Under the pieces are notes generated by a model. The model saw only the letters and a program-made list of their open reading frames with translations. It was not told where the DNA came from and did no database searches. 27,832 nucleotides of DNA from Candidatus Zixiibacteriota bacterium. GTDB taxonomy: Bacteria; Zixibacteria; MSB-5A5; WJJR01. This document shows positions 18,045 to 26,815 of the stretch, one piece after another. Numbering within the stretch: position 1 is the first letter of the stretch; each line of letters opens with the position of its first letter. The DNA lies in assembly GCA_036170655.1 (NCBI GenBank), contig JAVHPP010000163.1, forward strand, positions 1 to 27,832, written 5' to 3'. A program made the position numbers and the translations under genes.

Positions 18045-19805
18045 CTACTCTGAGTCTGTAGGAACCACTCTGGTCACGGCAATGCCCCAATCCAGGGGGT
18101 TGTCCGGCGGACTGGCGTTCCAGTCATTGAATGCGTGCGATCCGTCGGTCGTATAGTGCAGGACATACTCGCCCTTGTCCAGCAGAATGGTCTGGTCCAC
18201 GACCCGGTTCTTTTCGGCGCCGCCGCCGTGCGTGGTTTTACGGTACGTCATTTCCCAGACGACGTCGCTTGTCCGCTCGTTCTCGATCCAGCCATAGTCG
18301 GCCATGCCGCCACGTGTTCCCTCGCCGACGGCATGGACCCGGACCCGGGTCGGGGACGAAAGAGAGAACCGCCGCGTCAGATCTTCATCGCTGCCGACGG
18401 CGGTGATTTCGGCGAGCATGTCCGGCTGGCGAATCTCCCCCTGATCGATGAGCACGACCGCCAATGACGCCGCAGACTCTTCCGGGGCAGACATCGTCAG
18501 CCCATAAGCCTTCTGGTCGTACGGGGGCGCAACATTCCAGCCGCCGCCATAGGAATGAGAACCATCCGATGAATAGTATGCGACGTAGTCCCCCGGCCCC
18601 AATGATACTGTCCCGTCGAAGAGGCGATTCTTCTCCGCGCCCCCAGCCGGCTGGGTGTTGGCAGCGGTCATCGACCAGACTTTCGTGGACTTGCCGGCGC
18701 GCACGATCCAACCGTAGTCGGCCATGTGACCGCCAAAACGGTCGTACTCGCCAATGGCGTAAATATGCAGGGATATGGGCTGCGACACGCGAAATGCCCC
18801 GGAGCGCAGTTCATTGTCGCCCACTCCCGTCAGATTGACAATGATGCGCTCGTCGCGCCGGTCGGCAAACGGCGCGATGCCTGATGTGTCCACCGTGAAG
18901 ACCTGCAGTCCCCACCCGTCCGGGTCGTGTGGCGGCGCTGCGTTCCAATCGCCATATGTGTGAGAATCATCGGTCACATAATAGGCGACATAGTTCCCCG
19001 CCTTCAGCCGGATACGGTTCCGAAAACGCCTGTTCTTGTCAGCGCCGCCAGCCCAGTCCGTGTTCTGCTCTGTCATCTCCCAGATGCGGGCCCGAGTCTG
19101 CGCATCGATGATCCATCCTCTGTCCGGCATCTCGCCACCGGAGTACTCGCCGATCGAGTATACGTCTACGGCCATATCGTGCCGGAGACTGAATCCGGCT
19201 GTCAGATAAGCGTCATTCTGCGGATGGATCAGCTTGACCGCCGGCTCGGGGATGGGGGCGTCCGAGATGACCTTGACCAGCGATGCATCGCCGGTCAGGG
19301 AGACGAAGTACCGGCCCGCGAGTCCCGACTCATCGTCGCGATTCGACGCTCTCCTCTGGACATCGAGCCACCGGCCCAGGGACTTGAGCAGATCAGAGAG
19401 ATCCTTGGTATGGAAACTGCCATCGAGAAGCGATGGCCGGCCGGCATAGTAATACAGCGCGTACGTCCCCGGCTTGAGGTCCACCTGATCGTCGTACTGG
19501 CGCAGCCATCTTGAGTCCTTGGCCCGCCGTGTAAACTCATCATCCATCGACCAGGCCAGATCCCGCGTGCGGGCATCAATGATCCAAGGATAGGCGAACA
19601 GGCGGTCGCCGGATGCCCACTCGGCGCCAATCGCCTCGATGTGAATTGGCGTCTCGCGGTTCACCGTGAAGATCACTGACTTGAGATCACCCGGCTCGAG
19701 GCTGTCAATCTTGATGGTTGTTTCCGAGCCAAGGGCCGAGCTGACTGAGGCAACAAGCCCCAAAAAGCAGAGTGTTTGTGCGATCTTGGCGGCAACTCCT
19801 GACAT
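18045..19805 (-). CDS. Secreted hypothetical protein with four tandem ~130-aa beta-rich repeats
   Basis: Signal peptide (..LCFLGLVASVSSALG); recurring block AIGE...DYGWI.....VW.M...T..AGGA[DE]KNR......L..G.YV.YY..D.SH.Y..WN..PP....WG in repeats 2-4, degenerate in repeat 1; GAGG RBS. Confidence 0.85.
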   Translation of the reverse strand: MSGVAAKIAQTLCFLGLVASVSSALGSETTIKIDSLEPGDLKSVIFTVNRETPIHIEAIGAEWASGDRLFAYPWIIDARTRDLAWSMDDEFTRRAKDSRWLRQYDDQVDLKPGTYALYYYAGRPSLLDGSFHTKDLSDLLKSLGRWLDVQRRASNRDDESGLAGRYFVSLTGDASLVKVISDAPIPEPAVKLIHPQNDAYLTAGFSLRHDMAVDVYSIGEYSGGEMPDRGWIIDAQTRARIWEMTEQNTDWAGGADKNRRFRNRIRLKAGNYVAYYVTDDSHTYGDWNAAPPHDPDGWGLQVFTVDTSGIAPFADRRDERIIVNLTGVGDNELRSGAFRVSQPISLHIYAIGEYDRFGGHMADYGWIVRAGKSTKVWSMTAANTQPAGGAEKNRLFDGTVSLGPGDYVAYYSSDGSHSYGGGWNVAPPYDQKAYGLTMSAPEESAASLAVVLIDQGEIRQPDMLAEITAVGSDEDLTRRFSLSSPTRVRVHAVGEGTRGGMADYGWIENERTSDVVWEMTYRKTTHGGGAEKNRVVDQTILLDKGEYVLHYTTDGSHAFNDWNASPPDNPLDWGIAVTRVVPTDSE

Positions 19806-19897
19806 CCGGCATCAACCTCGTGGCTGCCCTGTCAACTCACAGCACAGTCAATGGAACTCATTGACGCCCGTGCACATGACACGAGCCTGACTCAACA

Positions 19898-19923
19898 TAC
19901 GGAATAACCCGGGTGAAGTTTCA
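19898..19923 (-). promoter_or_regulatory. ECF sigma-factor promoter (SigW-type TGAAAC-N16-CGTA)
   Basis: Minus strand TGAAAC-ttcacccgggttattc-CGTA, an exact match with a 16-nt spacer, about 93 nt upstream of the repeat-protein ATG. Confidence 0.65.
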
Positions 19924-20038
19924 AGTAGGTGCCACCGCCGGTAGGGCCTGAGCGAAGAGGACGTCACTCCCTGTCGCGCAAAGTAACATGAAATACCGAA
20001 CATTAGTCACAGACGACGCACCGGAACAGCAACCCCGG

Positions 20039-21391
20039 TCAGAAATCAGTCTGGCCGGTGAATCGAAATGACCCAAGGTGCATGGCCGGCGTCGCGATGC
20101 AACCCAACGAGTCCCACCAGGCATTGATCAACTGCCGCTCGGCCGAGAGCGCCTTGACTGATGCAAACGCCCGCAGGATGCTATCGGTGAACCGCAGGTT
20201 CTTCACTCCGCCGCGAAGGCGGCCGTTCTTGATTCGCATCAGGCCATCGCGCGTCATCCCCGTCAGCACGGCATGAGGCGTGTCGATGAATCCATTGATG
20301 TAGTGGAAACGGGTGACCAGAAGCCCGTTCTCGACGCTCTTGATCATCTCGGGAAGCGACGACTGCCCGCTTTGTACAAACAGGTTGAGAGCCAAGCCGC
20401 CTTCGCCTGATGCGTCCGGTGTCAGCGAGTTGCCGGTCGAAACACGACCGTCACGGGATGCCGTAAGAGAATCATAGACCACACCTTTAGCCACGCCTTG
20501 AGTGATCAGTTCGACCTTGCGCTTGGGAACACCTTCGAAATCAAACGGGATCGCGATGGCGGAGGAATCGGTCCCGTCATCGTAAATCGTGACCGACTCG
20601 CCGGTGATCTTTTCCCCCAGATGCCCGGACATGAATGATGTGTTCTCCTGGAATGGCTTTGAGCCGAAGCCAATATAGTTGACCCACTCCAGCAGCGCAC
20701 CGACCGCGGGCGGCTCCAAGATGACTTCGTACTCTCCCGGCGGGATCTCGGCGGGATTCGCGCAGCGCAACGCCTTATCGACGGCAGTCGCAGCGACTGC
20801 TCGAAAATCAATATCATCGATGTTGCGCGCGAGCCCCTCGGCATAACCCGAAGAGTTCGCCGCCATAGCGATGACATTGACGGCCGTCGTCGAGATCCGC
20901 TGATAGGCTTTCACCCCCAGCGTATTCACGACCGCCAGTTCTCCTGATCCGCTTGATAGGGAGCCGGCCACCGTGCAATTCTTCTTCGCCGCCCGTGCAA
21001 TGATGGATTTGACCTTGAGCGCACGCTGGCGCGGCGTGAACCGGGCCGTACCTTCGAAAAATGTCTTGATCGCAAGATAGTCGGACGGTTGTGGCAGCGA
21101 CACGAAGTGCGGATGATCCTTCTGGGCTTTGGCGATCCTGGCCGCGGTGCGATACGCACGTTTCAGGTCACCGGTCGTGAACGAGTTGGTCGCCGCCACG
21201 CCGATCTTCTTGCCGATAATCACGCGGAAGTAGACCTTGCTTTGCGTTTCCGCGACGTTCTGATGGATGGCTGAATTGGCGAATCGTGTCAGTCCCGATT
21301 CGGAACCGATGAAGACACCCTCCGCCTGATCGCCGAGTTTCAAGTCGAGCGCCGCCAAGAGCGCGCTGTGGATGCGATCGGAACCGATCAT
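20039..21391 (-). CDS. TldD/PmbA-family protein, non-catalytic PmbA (TldE)-like partner
   Basis: LTRFANSAIHQNV, PGEYEVILEP.AV, PFDFEGVP, LLVTRFHY, LTGMTRDG and VKNLRFTDS motifs; no HExxxH; ATGA overlap with tldD at 21388-21391. Confidence 0.9.
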   Translation of the reverse strand: MIGSDRIHSALLAALDLKLGDQAEGVFIGSESGLTRFANSAIHQNVAETQSKVYFRVIIGKKIGVAATNSFTTGDLKRAYRTAARIAKAQKDHPHFVSLPQPSDYLAIKTFFEGTARFTPRQRALKVKSIIARAAKKNCTVAGSLSSGSGELAVVNTLGVKAYQRISTTAVNVIAMAANSSGYAEGLARNIDDIDFRAVAATAVDKALRCANPAEIPPGEYEVILEPPAVGALLEWVNYIGFGSKPFQENTSFMSGHLGEKITGESVTIYDDGTDSSAIAIPFDFEGVPKRKVELITQGVAKGVVYDSLTASRDGRVSTGNSLTPDASGEGGLALNLFVQSGQSSLPEMIKSVENGLLVTRFHYINGFIDTPHAVLTGMTRDGLMRIKNGRLRGGVKNLRFTDSILRAFASVKALSAERQLINAWWDSLGCIATPAMHLGSFRFTGQTDF

Positions 21392-22830
21392 TGGCTCACC
21401 CCCACCATGACGTTGCGAAACCGCGCCGGTGACGCGCCATGAGCAACACGCGCTGTCTGCATGGGCTCGCCCTTGCCGCAATTCGGCACGCCCCAGATAT
21501 GCCAGTGGTCGCGATTGCAGATCGCATCACACGAATTCCAGAACTCCGGCGTGATGCCTGTGTAAACCGGATTCTTGTAGATCTGTGTCTTCTTTCCGCC
21601 ACGAATCTCCCACGCCGCTTCGAGACCGAACTGGAAATTGAGCCGTTGATCGTCGATCGACCACGACTTGTTCGTGTCGAGAAATAACGCCCCGTCTGAA
21701 TCGGCCAGCAGATCATCGAGCGACACGATTCCCGGCTCCAGATTGATATTGGTCATGCGAATGAGAGGCAGACGGTTCCATCCGTCGGCTCGCATGGTCC
21801 CGTTCGACGTCTGGCCGAGAAGCGGCGCCGTCTCGCGCGAGGTCAGGTATCCCACAAAGACACCCTCGTGAACCAGATCGAACCGCTGCGCGCGCACCCC
21901 TTCGTCATCATAGCCAAACGATCCCAAACCACCGGGGACCGTGGCATCGGCAACGATATTGACGAGTTTGGAACCATAACGAAGCTTGCCGCGCTTTTCC
22001 AGCGTCAGGAAACTGCCGCCGGCCAGCGAGATTTCGGTTCCCAGCACACGATCAAGTTCCGTTGGATGACCGCAGGATTCGTGCACTTGCAGCGCCATCT
22101 GCGATGAACCGATGATAATCGTGCGGGGCCCGGAAGGGCACACCGGCGCGGTCAGCAGCGCAACGGCCTCTTCCCGCACCCGTTCCGCGTGCGCGCGCAA
22201 ATCCATGCGCCCGATGATCTCATATCCACCGGTCCCAAAATCGCCGCGATGCGAATTCGGATAAGAGCGCCGTTGCACTTCGCCGGCATCGCACGCGGTG
22301 GCCGTATAGCCGGCGCCGCTCTCGGTGAGCGTCTGCTCGATTTCCGCTCCCTCCGTCGAAACGAAGATCTTGTCCGTCAGAAAAAAGTCCATCGACGCCT
22401 CCGCCACATGGATCTTCGGATTCTGACTGAGGATCTCGTTAACTCCCAGCAGGAGCTCCAGCTTGCGGGGCAAAGAAACCTTGAACGGATCAATCTCAAC
22501 GGCGGTCACGTAGCGGCCGGCCACAGGCTCGACGGCGGCAAGCGTCACGTCGGCGCGCTTGGTCAGGGCGCTGGCTCGGGCAATCTGAATGGCCCGATTG
22601 GCAACTCTTTTCATCTCACCACGGGTGCAGATTGCCGACGAAGCAAAACCCCAAGCGCCATCGACCAGCACCCGGACACCAAACCCCTGATCAACATCAT
22701 GCGCCAGCGTGTCCACGGTCTGGTTCGTAACCTTGATGTTCTCCGTAGTGGTGCACACGTAACGGATGTCACCGTACGCAGCTCCCTTCGACTTCAGGTA
22801 GTCAGCAGTGGCCTTCAACTTGTCCTTCAT
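21388..22830 (-). CDS. tldD: TldD metalloprotease
   Basis: GFGVRVLVDGAWGFAS, Zn motif HESCGHPTELDR, GYDDEGV, RMTNINLEPG, DDQRLNFQFG and CGKGEPMQ.....HG motifs; GAGGAGG RBS before ATG 22830. Confidence 0.92.
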   Translation of the reverse strand: MKDKLKATADYLKSKGAAYGDIRYVCTTTENIKVTNQTVDTLAHDVDQGFGVRVLVDGAWGFASSAICTRGEMKRVANRAIQIARASALTKRADVTLAAVEPVAGRYVTAVEIDPFKVSLPRKLELLLGVNEILSQNPKIHVAEASMDFFLTDKIFVSTEGAEIEQTLTESGAGYTATACDAGEVQRRSYPNSHRGDFGTGGYEIIGRMDLRAHAERVREEAVALLTAPVCPSGPRTIIIGSSQMALQVHESCGHPTELDRVLGTEISLAGGSFLTLEKRGKLRYGSKLVNIVADATVPGGLGSFGYDDEGVRAQRFDLVHEGVFVGYLTSRETAPLLGQTSNGTMRADGWNRLPLIRMTNINLEPGIVSLDDLLADSDGALFLDTNKSWSIDDQRLNFQFGLEAAWEIRGGKKTQIYKNPVYTGITPEFWNSCDAICNRDHWHIWGVPNCGKGEPMQTARVAHGASPARFRNVMVGVSQ

Positions 22831-22898
22831 AGTCCTCCTCGCACGATGTGCCATGGCGACCGTGGCGACAACAACATACCCCCAGCCATTGAGTGGAG

Positions 22899-23864
22899 TC
22901 AATACCGTCCCGAGCGATGGGGCGGCTCAATATCAGGCACGGCGGGCCGTGCCGCGGCGAGGGTCGCTGTCCGCGAGGCATCCTGACAACTGCGGCCGCG
23001 CAGCCATGCGCCAATCCACACTCCGGCGAACGTATCGCCCGCGCCGGTCGGGTCAGCATCACTGTCCAATGTTCGCGACGGCCAGTGAGACAGATCCCAA
23101 CCAGCATCTGTACGGACCAAACAGAAAGACCCACAGGGACCCAACGTCACGAGCAGACATTGACAACGAAGCGGCGTCAAAACCTTCTTTGCCCATGCGT
23201 AGATGGCATCGCGGCCGGGCGTGCACCGCGAAAGCGTGGCAAACTCGGCCTCATTCATCTGGAGGATATCAGCACAAGCCACTGTCTCGCGCCAGCGGGC
23301 AGGACGCTGGGGAAACCGGGTCCCGTCGCGGCGGCGTCCCAGAAGATAACTATGGATATCCATGTAAATGACCCCGTGGTGACTCCGCCGCAAACGCTGC
23401 AACGTGGCCGCGTTCACATCGTTGCCCGAAATGAAATTCATCACAATCAACTGTGACGCCAACGCGGGGCGAAGTGTGTCAAAGGGGAGAGACGGCACAC
23501 GACGCAGGAGCTTTTCCTCGCGGGAATCACGATCTACATAGCGAAGCCGACAGAGATTTCCCGGCCGCGACAATTCGACAAGACCGAGAGGATTGACTTG
23601 GGATAAACGTCCCAGCCATAGCCGCACAACGGCGGCGGCATCACACCCCAGACATGCGATGGGAACGAGGGTGGTGCGCGACGGAACAGAAGCAGTCAAG
23701 GCCGCGATGTTGTAGAGAATGCCGCCCCAGCCATACCGCATGCGGCCATCAAGACCGCGTACTTCATCCCGATTGACAGAGCCAATGACCGCAACGGTGA
23801 TGCCGCCGGAAAATCGCAGTCCCCGACACGAACGGACGATCGCACCTGGATTAACCAGAGACAT
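22899..23864 (-). CDS. PfkB/ribokinase-family carbohydrate kinase
   Basis: VAVIGSVNRD, GGILYN, IYMDIH, DILQMNEAE, LLVTLGPCGS and the C-terminal signature DPTGAGDTFAG. Confidence 0.85.
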   Translation of the reverse strand: MSLVNPGAIVRSCRGLRFSGGITVAVIGSVNRDEVRGLDGRMRYGWGGILYNIAALTASVPSRTTLVPIACLGCDAAAVVRLWLGRLSQVNPLGLVELSRPGNLCRLRYVDRDSREEKLLRRVPSLPFDTLRPALASQLIVMNFISGNDVNAATLQRLRRSHHGVIYMDIHSYLLGRRRDGTRFPQRPARWRETVACADILQMNEAEFATLSRCTPGRDAIYAWAKKVLTPLRCQCLLVTLGPCGSFCLVRTDAGWDLSHWPSRTLDSDADPTGAGDTFAGVWIGAWLRGRSCQDASRTATLAAARPAVPDIEPPHRSGRY

Positions 23865-24964
23865 CAGGCGGACCTGGAGGACTTGGCAGCCATGCGGGAG
23901 ATGTGTGACCAGACATCGTCAACGCTGACCCCGGTCAGGCACTCCAGAGGCTTGTCCCGTCGCCAGCAGGAGTTACGGAAACAGGGCGAACAAAAGACCG
24001 GCCGGCGCACGGTGACCGCGAGCGTGGTAAAGGGCGCCACCTCGGCAGGATCACCTGGCCCCGCGATGACCACCGTGGGAGTGCCAACGGCCGCGGCGAG
24101 ATGAGCGAGACCGGAATCATTCCCGAGAAGAGCGTCGGCGCGGCGCATGATTTCGGCGGTGAGAACCAAGTCACCGGCGCCAGCCAAGTTTCGCGTGCCC
24201 GGGTGACCAACTTGATCCATGATCTCACGACAACGTCCTTGTTCCACGTCCGCCCCCACGAGGACAACAGTCCCCTTAAAGGTGTCAATCCACCGTCGTG
24301 CGATCTCGGCGAATCGCGCCGCGTCCCACATCTTGTTCGGTTGAGCCGCGCCGGGCGCTATGGCAAGGACGGGTGACGTCAGGCAGTTGACGACCGGCGA
24401 CAAGAGCATGTCAAGTTGCGCACACGCCTCTGCTGCCGGTCGAAAAACCAGATCACGCAGCAGGACCGCCTCGGGCCAGAGCAACCGGAGGAGCTCCAGG
24501 TATCCCTCCGTCCGATGCGGACGATGTCCATTCTTTCCGTAGGGCAGCGCGCCGGTCAAAAACATGCGGCGCCCGTCTGCCGCATGCCCGACGCGCCGGG
24601 GAATGCGTGCCAGCCATAGCATCGCCGCTGATCCGAACGAGACAGGAAGACAGAAGGCAACATCGAACCCGTAGGCACGAAGACCGGCGGCGTTTCTCCA
24701 CACAAAAGACAGGCCATGTCGTCCGTAGGCTTCGTCCAGTTCGAAGACTTTATCGATCTCAGGAACACATCGATAAAGCGGTGCCAAGAGCGGCCGGCAG
24801 AGACAGGTGATGGACGCCGTCGGCGCATTTTTTCGCAACGACACGAAAAATGGCAGGGCCATGACCGCGTCGCCAACCCAATTCGGGGCGCGCACCAAGA
24901 TTGAATCCGTGGACGGGTCATACCTCAGGGGACATCCCTCCACCGGCGATGCGTCCACAACCAT
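23864..24964 (-). CDS. waaF: Lipopolysaccharide heptosyltransferase II (GT9)
   Basis: ILVRAPNWVGDAVMALP, IPRRVG, APGA....K.W, GNDSGLAHLAAAVGTPTV and CSPCFR..C......C motifs. Confidence 0.85.
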   Translation of the reverse strand: MVVDASPVEGCPLRYDPSTDSILVRAPNWVGDAVMALPFFVSLRKNAPTASITCLCRPLLAPLYRCVPEIDKVFELDEAYGRHGLSFVWRNAAGLRAYGFDVAFCLPVSFGSAAMLWLARIPRRVGHAADGRRMFLTGALPYGKNGHRPHRTEGYLELLRLLWPEAVLLRDLVFRPAAEACAQLDMLLSPVVNCLTSPVLAIAPGAAQPNKMWDAARFAEIARRWIDTFKGTVVLVGADVEQGRCREIMDQVGHPGTRNLAGAGDLVLTAEIMRRADALLGNDSGLAHLAAAVGTPTVVIAGPGDPAEVAPFTTLAVTVRRPVFCSPCFRNSCWRRDKPLECLTGVSVDDVWSHISRMAAKSSRSA

Positions 24965-25839
24965 TGCCCCGGGACACGACGGATATGTACTTCCAGCCGA
25001 CGCGCGATTTCCTGTGTAATCGACCGCACGGCTTCTTCAGAATCATCGGTCGCGGGAAATTCGATTGGGGCTTCAATGACCGCCCGGAATCTCCCATGCT
25101 CCAATCGTTCCAGAACACCGGTGATCAGAGGGCATCCAAACTTCAACGCTAAGGCGGCCGGGCCGCGCGGGGTCGATGCCGGACGACCGAGGAAATCGAT
25201 CACGACACCATCCGCGCCAGCATATTGATCCGCCAGAATCGCCACAAAACGCTTGCGCTGCAGCGCACTGATAATTGCTCTGGTGGCCGTCTGAGTGTGG
25301 ATGATGCCGACGCCCATTTTGGCACGACAACGATTGTACATGGCATCGACCAACGGATTGCGCACGGGCTTGACAACGAAATCCACGGGATATCCCAGAG
25401 AGCGCGCACAGGCCCCAAAAATCTCCCAATTGCCGAAGTGGCCCGACACGAGAACCGCGCCCCGTCCCTGCTCACTGGCCCATTGCAGCCATTCGGCGCC
25501 GTTGATCTCGATGCGCTCCAGAAATTTGGATTGGACCGTGCGCCCCAGTCGAAGGATTTCGAACGCCGTCCGTCCCATATTCACGAATGTCTCTTGCGCG
25601 ATGCAACTTGCGTCCCGTTCACTGAGCAACGCCACGTGCGATCGCCGGATATTGTCGATGGCGATTGTCCGGCGCTTGCGCCAGATAAAGTATATGAGCC
25701 TTCCGGTCAGAGCGCCGGCGGCTTGCGACGCACGCTCCGGCAGGACATTGGCGATCAGCTTGACAACGGCAAGTATGCCGTACTCAATCCGGTAACGGAA
25801 CTTGCGCATCTTTGAGGCGGGAACCAGGTCAGTTGTCAT
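24925..25839 (-). CDS. Lipid A biosynthesis late (lauroyl/myristoyl) acyltransferase, LpxL/HtrB family
   Basis: HxxxxE motif SGHFGNWE, NPLVD, ILADQ, FLGRPASTP.GPA.LA and QWLWTHRRW. Start at 25839 or 25809. Confidence 0.88.
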   Translation of the reverse strand: MTTDLVPASKMRKFRYRIEYGILAVVKLIANVLPERASQAAGALTGRLIYFIWRKRRTIAIDNIRRSHVALLSERDASCIAQETFVNMGRTAFEILRLGRTVQSKFLERIEINGAEWLQWASEQGRGAVLVSGHFGNWEIFGACARSLGYPVDFVVKPVRNPLVDAMYNRCRAKMGVGIIHTQTATRAIISALQRKRFVAILADQYAGADGVVIDFLGRPASTPRGPAALALKFGCPLITGVLERLEHGRFRAVIEAPIEFPATDDSEEAVRSITQEIARRLEVHIRRVPGQWLWTHRRWRDVP

Positions 25840-26815
25840 CGGCAGGGGGAGCGCGCGAGTCTGGCGGCCGGTTGAAAGGCGAGTAGAGTACATCCTCGAT
25901 TTGTTCCTGACGATTCCAGTCGGCCATCTTCAACGCCGCACGACGTCGCTTCAGGAGATAGAACACCAGAAAAATCAGGACAAGCAGAATCCAGAGCAGG
26001 ACCGTGTCGCCAAGAAAGGATGCCCAAGTGTATTGATCCTCCAAGTGCTTCTGGAATTCCTTCTGGAATGTCGCGTAATCGGCTCCCGTTGCTGATTTGA
26101 AGCCATCATCCCACGACCCGCCCCCGCGCAGGCCGCGCCCAAGAAGCATGAACCCATCCCATCCGTACATCTTGAGAAAGTACCCCATGGCCAGGTACGA
26201 TTCGGCATAGGCCAGACGGGCGCGCGCGTCACGAAACGAATTTACCCCGTCAATGTCCGCCAGCGGGATGGTGCGATCCGAAAAGACAGCCCGTGACACA
26301 ATCCAGTCATCACCGTATCTCCACTCGTGCGCAAACTGTTGTGCGTACCCCTCATTCATCCAGCGCGGAGGACGGTGCGAGCCAACTACTGTGGCGAAAT
26401 GAAGATGCGCCAGTTCGTGGCGTAGCACCTCGGGCAATTGCTGAGCCGACGGGTAATCCCGGGGAGAACGCACGACAATGAGATGCTCCTCGTCCATGGC
26501 GCAGGCAACTCCCCAATCAGGGAATTTGCCGCCAACGATGGAATCAAACGCGAGGGCGCCAGACGCATAGATGACGCGCACGGTGTCGCGCAGCCAGACG
26601 CCGCTGGCCGACGCCATGTCGTGGAAGGCTTTGTTCAGGATTTCGCCGGTCTGACTTACCAGCGTGGGATCGGCGCCTGTGACCACAACAGCGAAGTGGG
26701 AATCGTAAGGACGGTCAAGCGCACGCGCACCGGCGACAAGCACGGCCAGTGCAGCGACAAGGATGACAGCGCAGGCGCCCTTCGTTGCCCCTCGATGGGC
26801 TGTTGTCGGCCTCAC
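25829..26815 (-). CDS. Peptidase MA-clan (gluzincin) metallohydrolase, exported with a C-terminal membrane anchor
   Basis: Signal peptide; VLRHELAH...PRWMNEGYA; LAYAESY; hydrophobic helix LLWILLVLIFLVFYLL followed by KRRR. Confidence 0.85.
   Translation of the reverse strand: MRPTTAHRGATKGACAVILVAALAVLVAGARALDRPYDSHFAVVVTGADPTLVSQTGEILNKAFHDMASASGVWLRDTVRVIYASGALAFDSIVGGKFPDWGVACAMDEEHLIVVRSPRDYPSAQQLPEVLRHELAHLHFATVVGSHRPPRWMNEGYAQQFAHEWRYGDDWIVSRAVFSDRTIPLADIDGVNSFRDARARLAYAESYLAMGYFLKMYGWDGFMLLGRGLRGGGSWDDGFKSATGADYATFQKEFQKHLEDQYTWASFLGDTVLLWILLVLIFLVFYLLKRRRAALKMADWNRQEQIEDVLYSPFNRPPDSRAPPADDN

Noticed and set aside
17716..18090. Minus-strand ORF with CEYCPLR, reminiscent of a Cas4/AddB Fe-S tail
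   Set aside because: No nuclease motifs, and the final cysteine is missing. The opposite-strand TPR-like frame explains the region better.
20039..22830. TldD/PmbA as part of a RiPP (microcin-like) cluster
   Set aside because: No YcaO, radical SAM, exporter or convincing precursor peptide nearby; the tldD-pmbA pair is common housekeeping.
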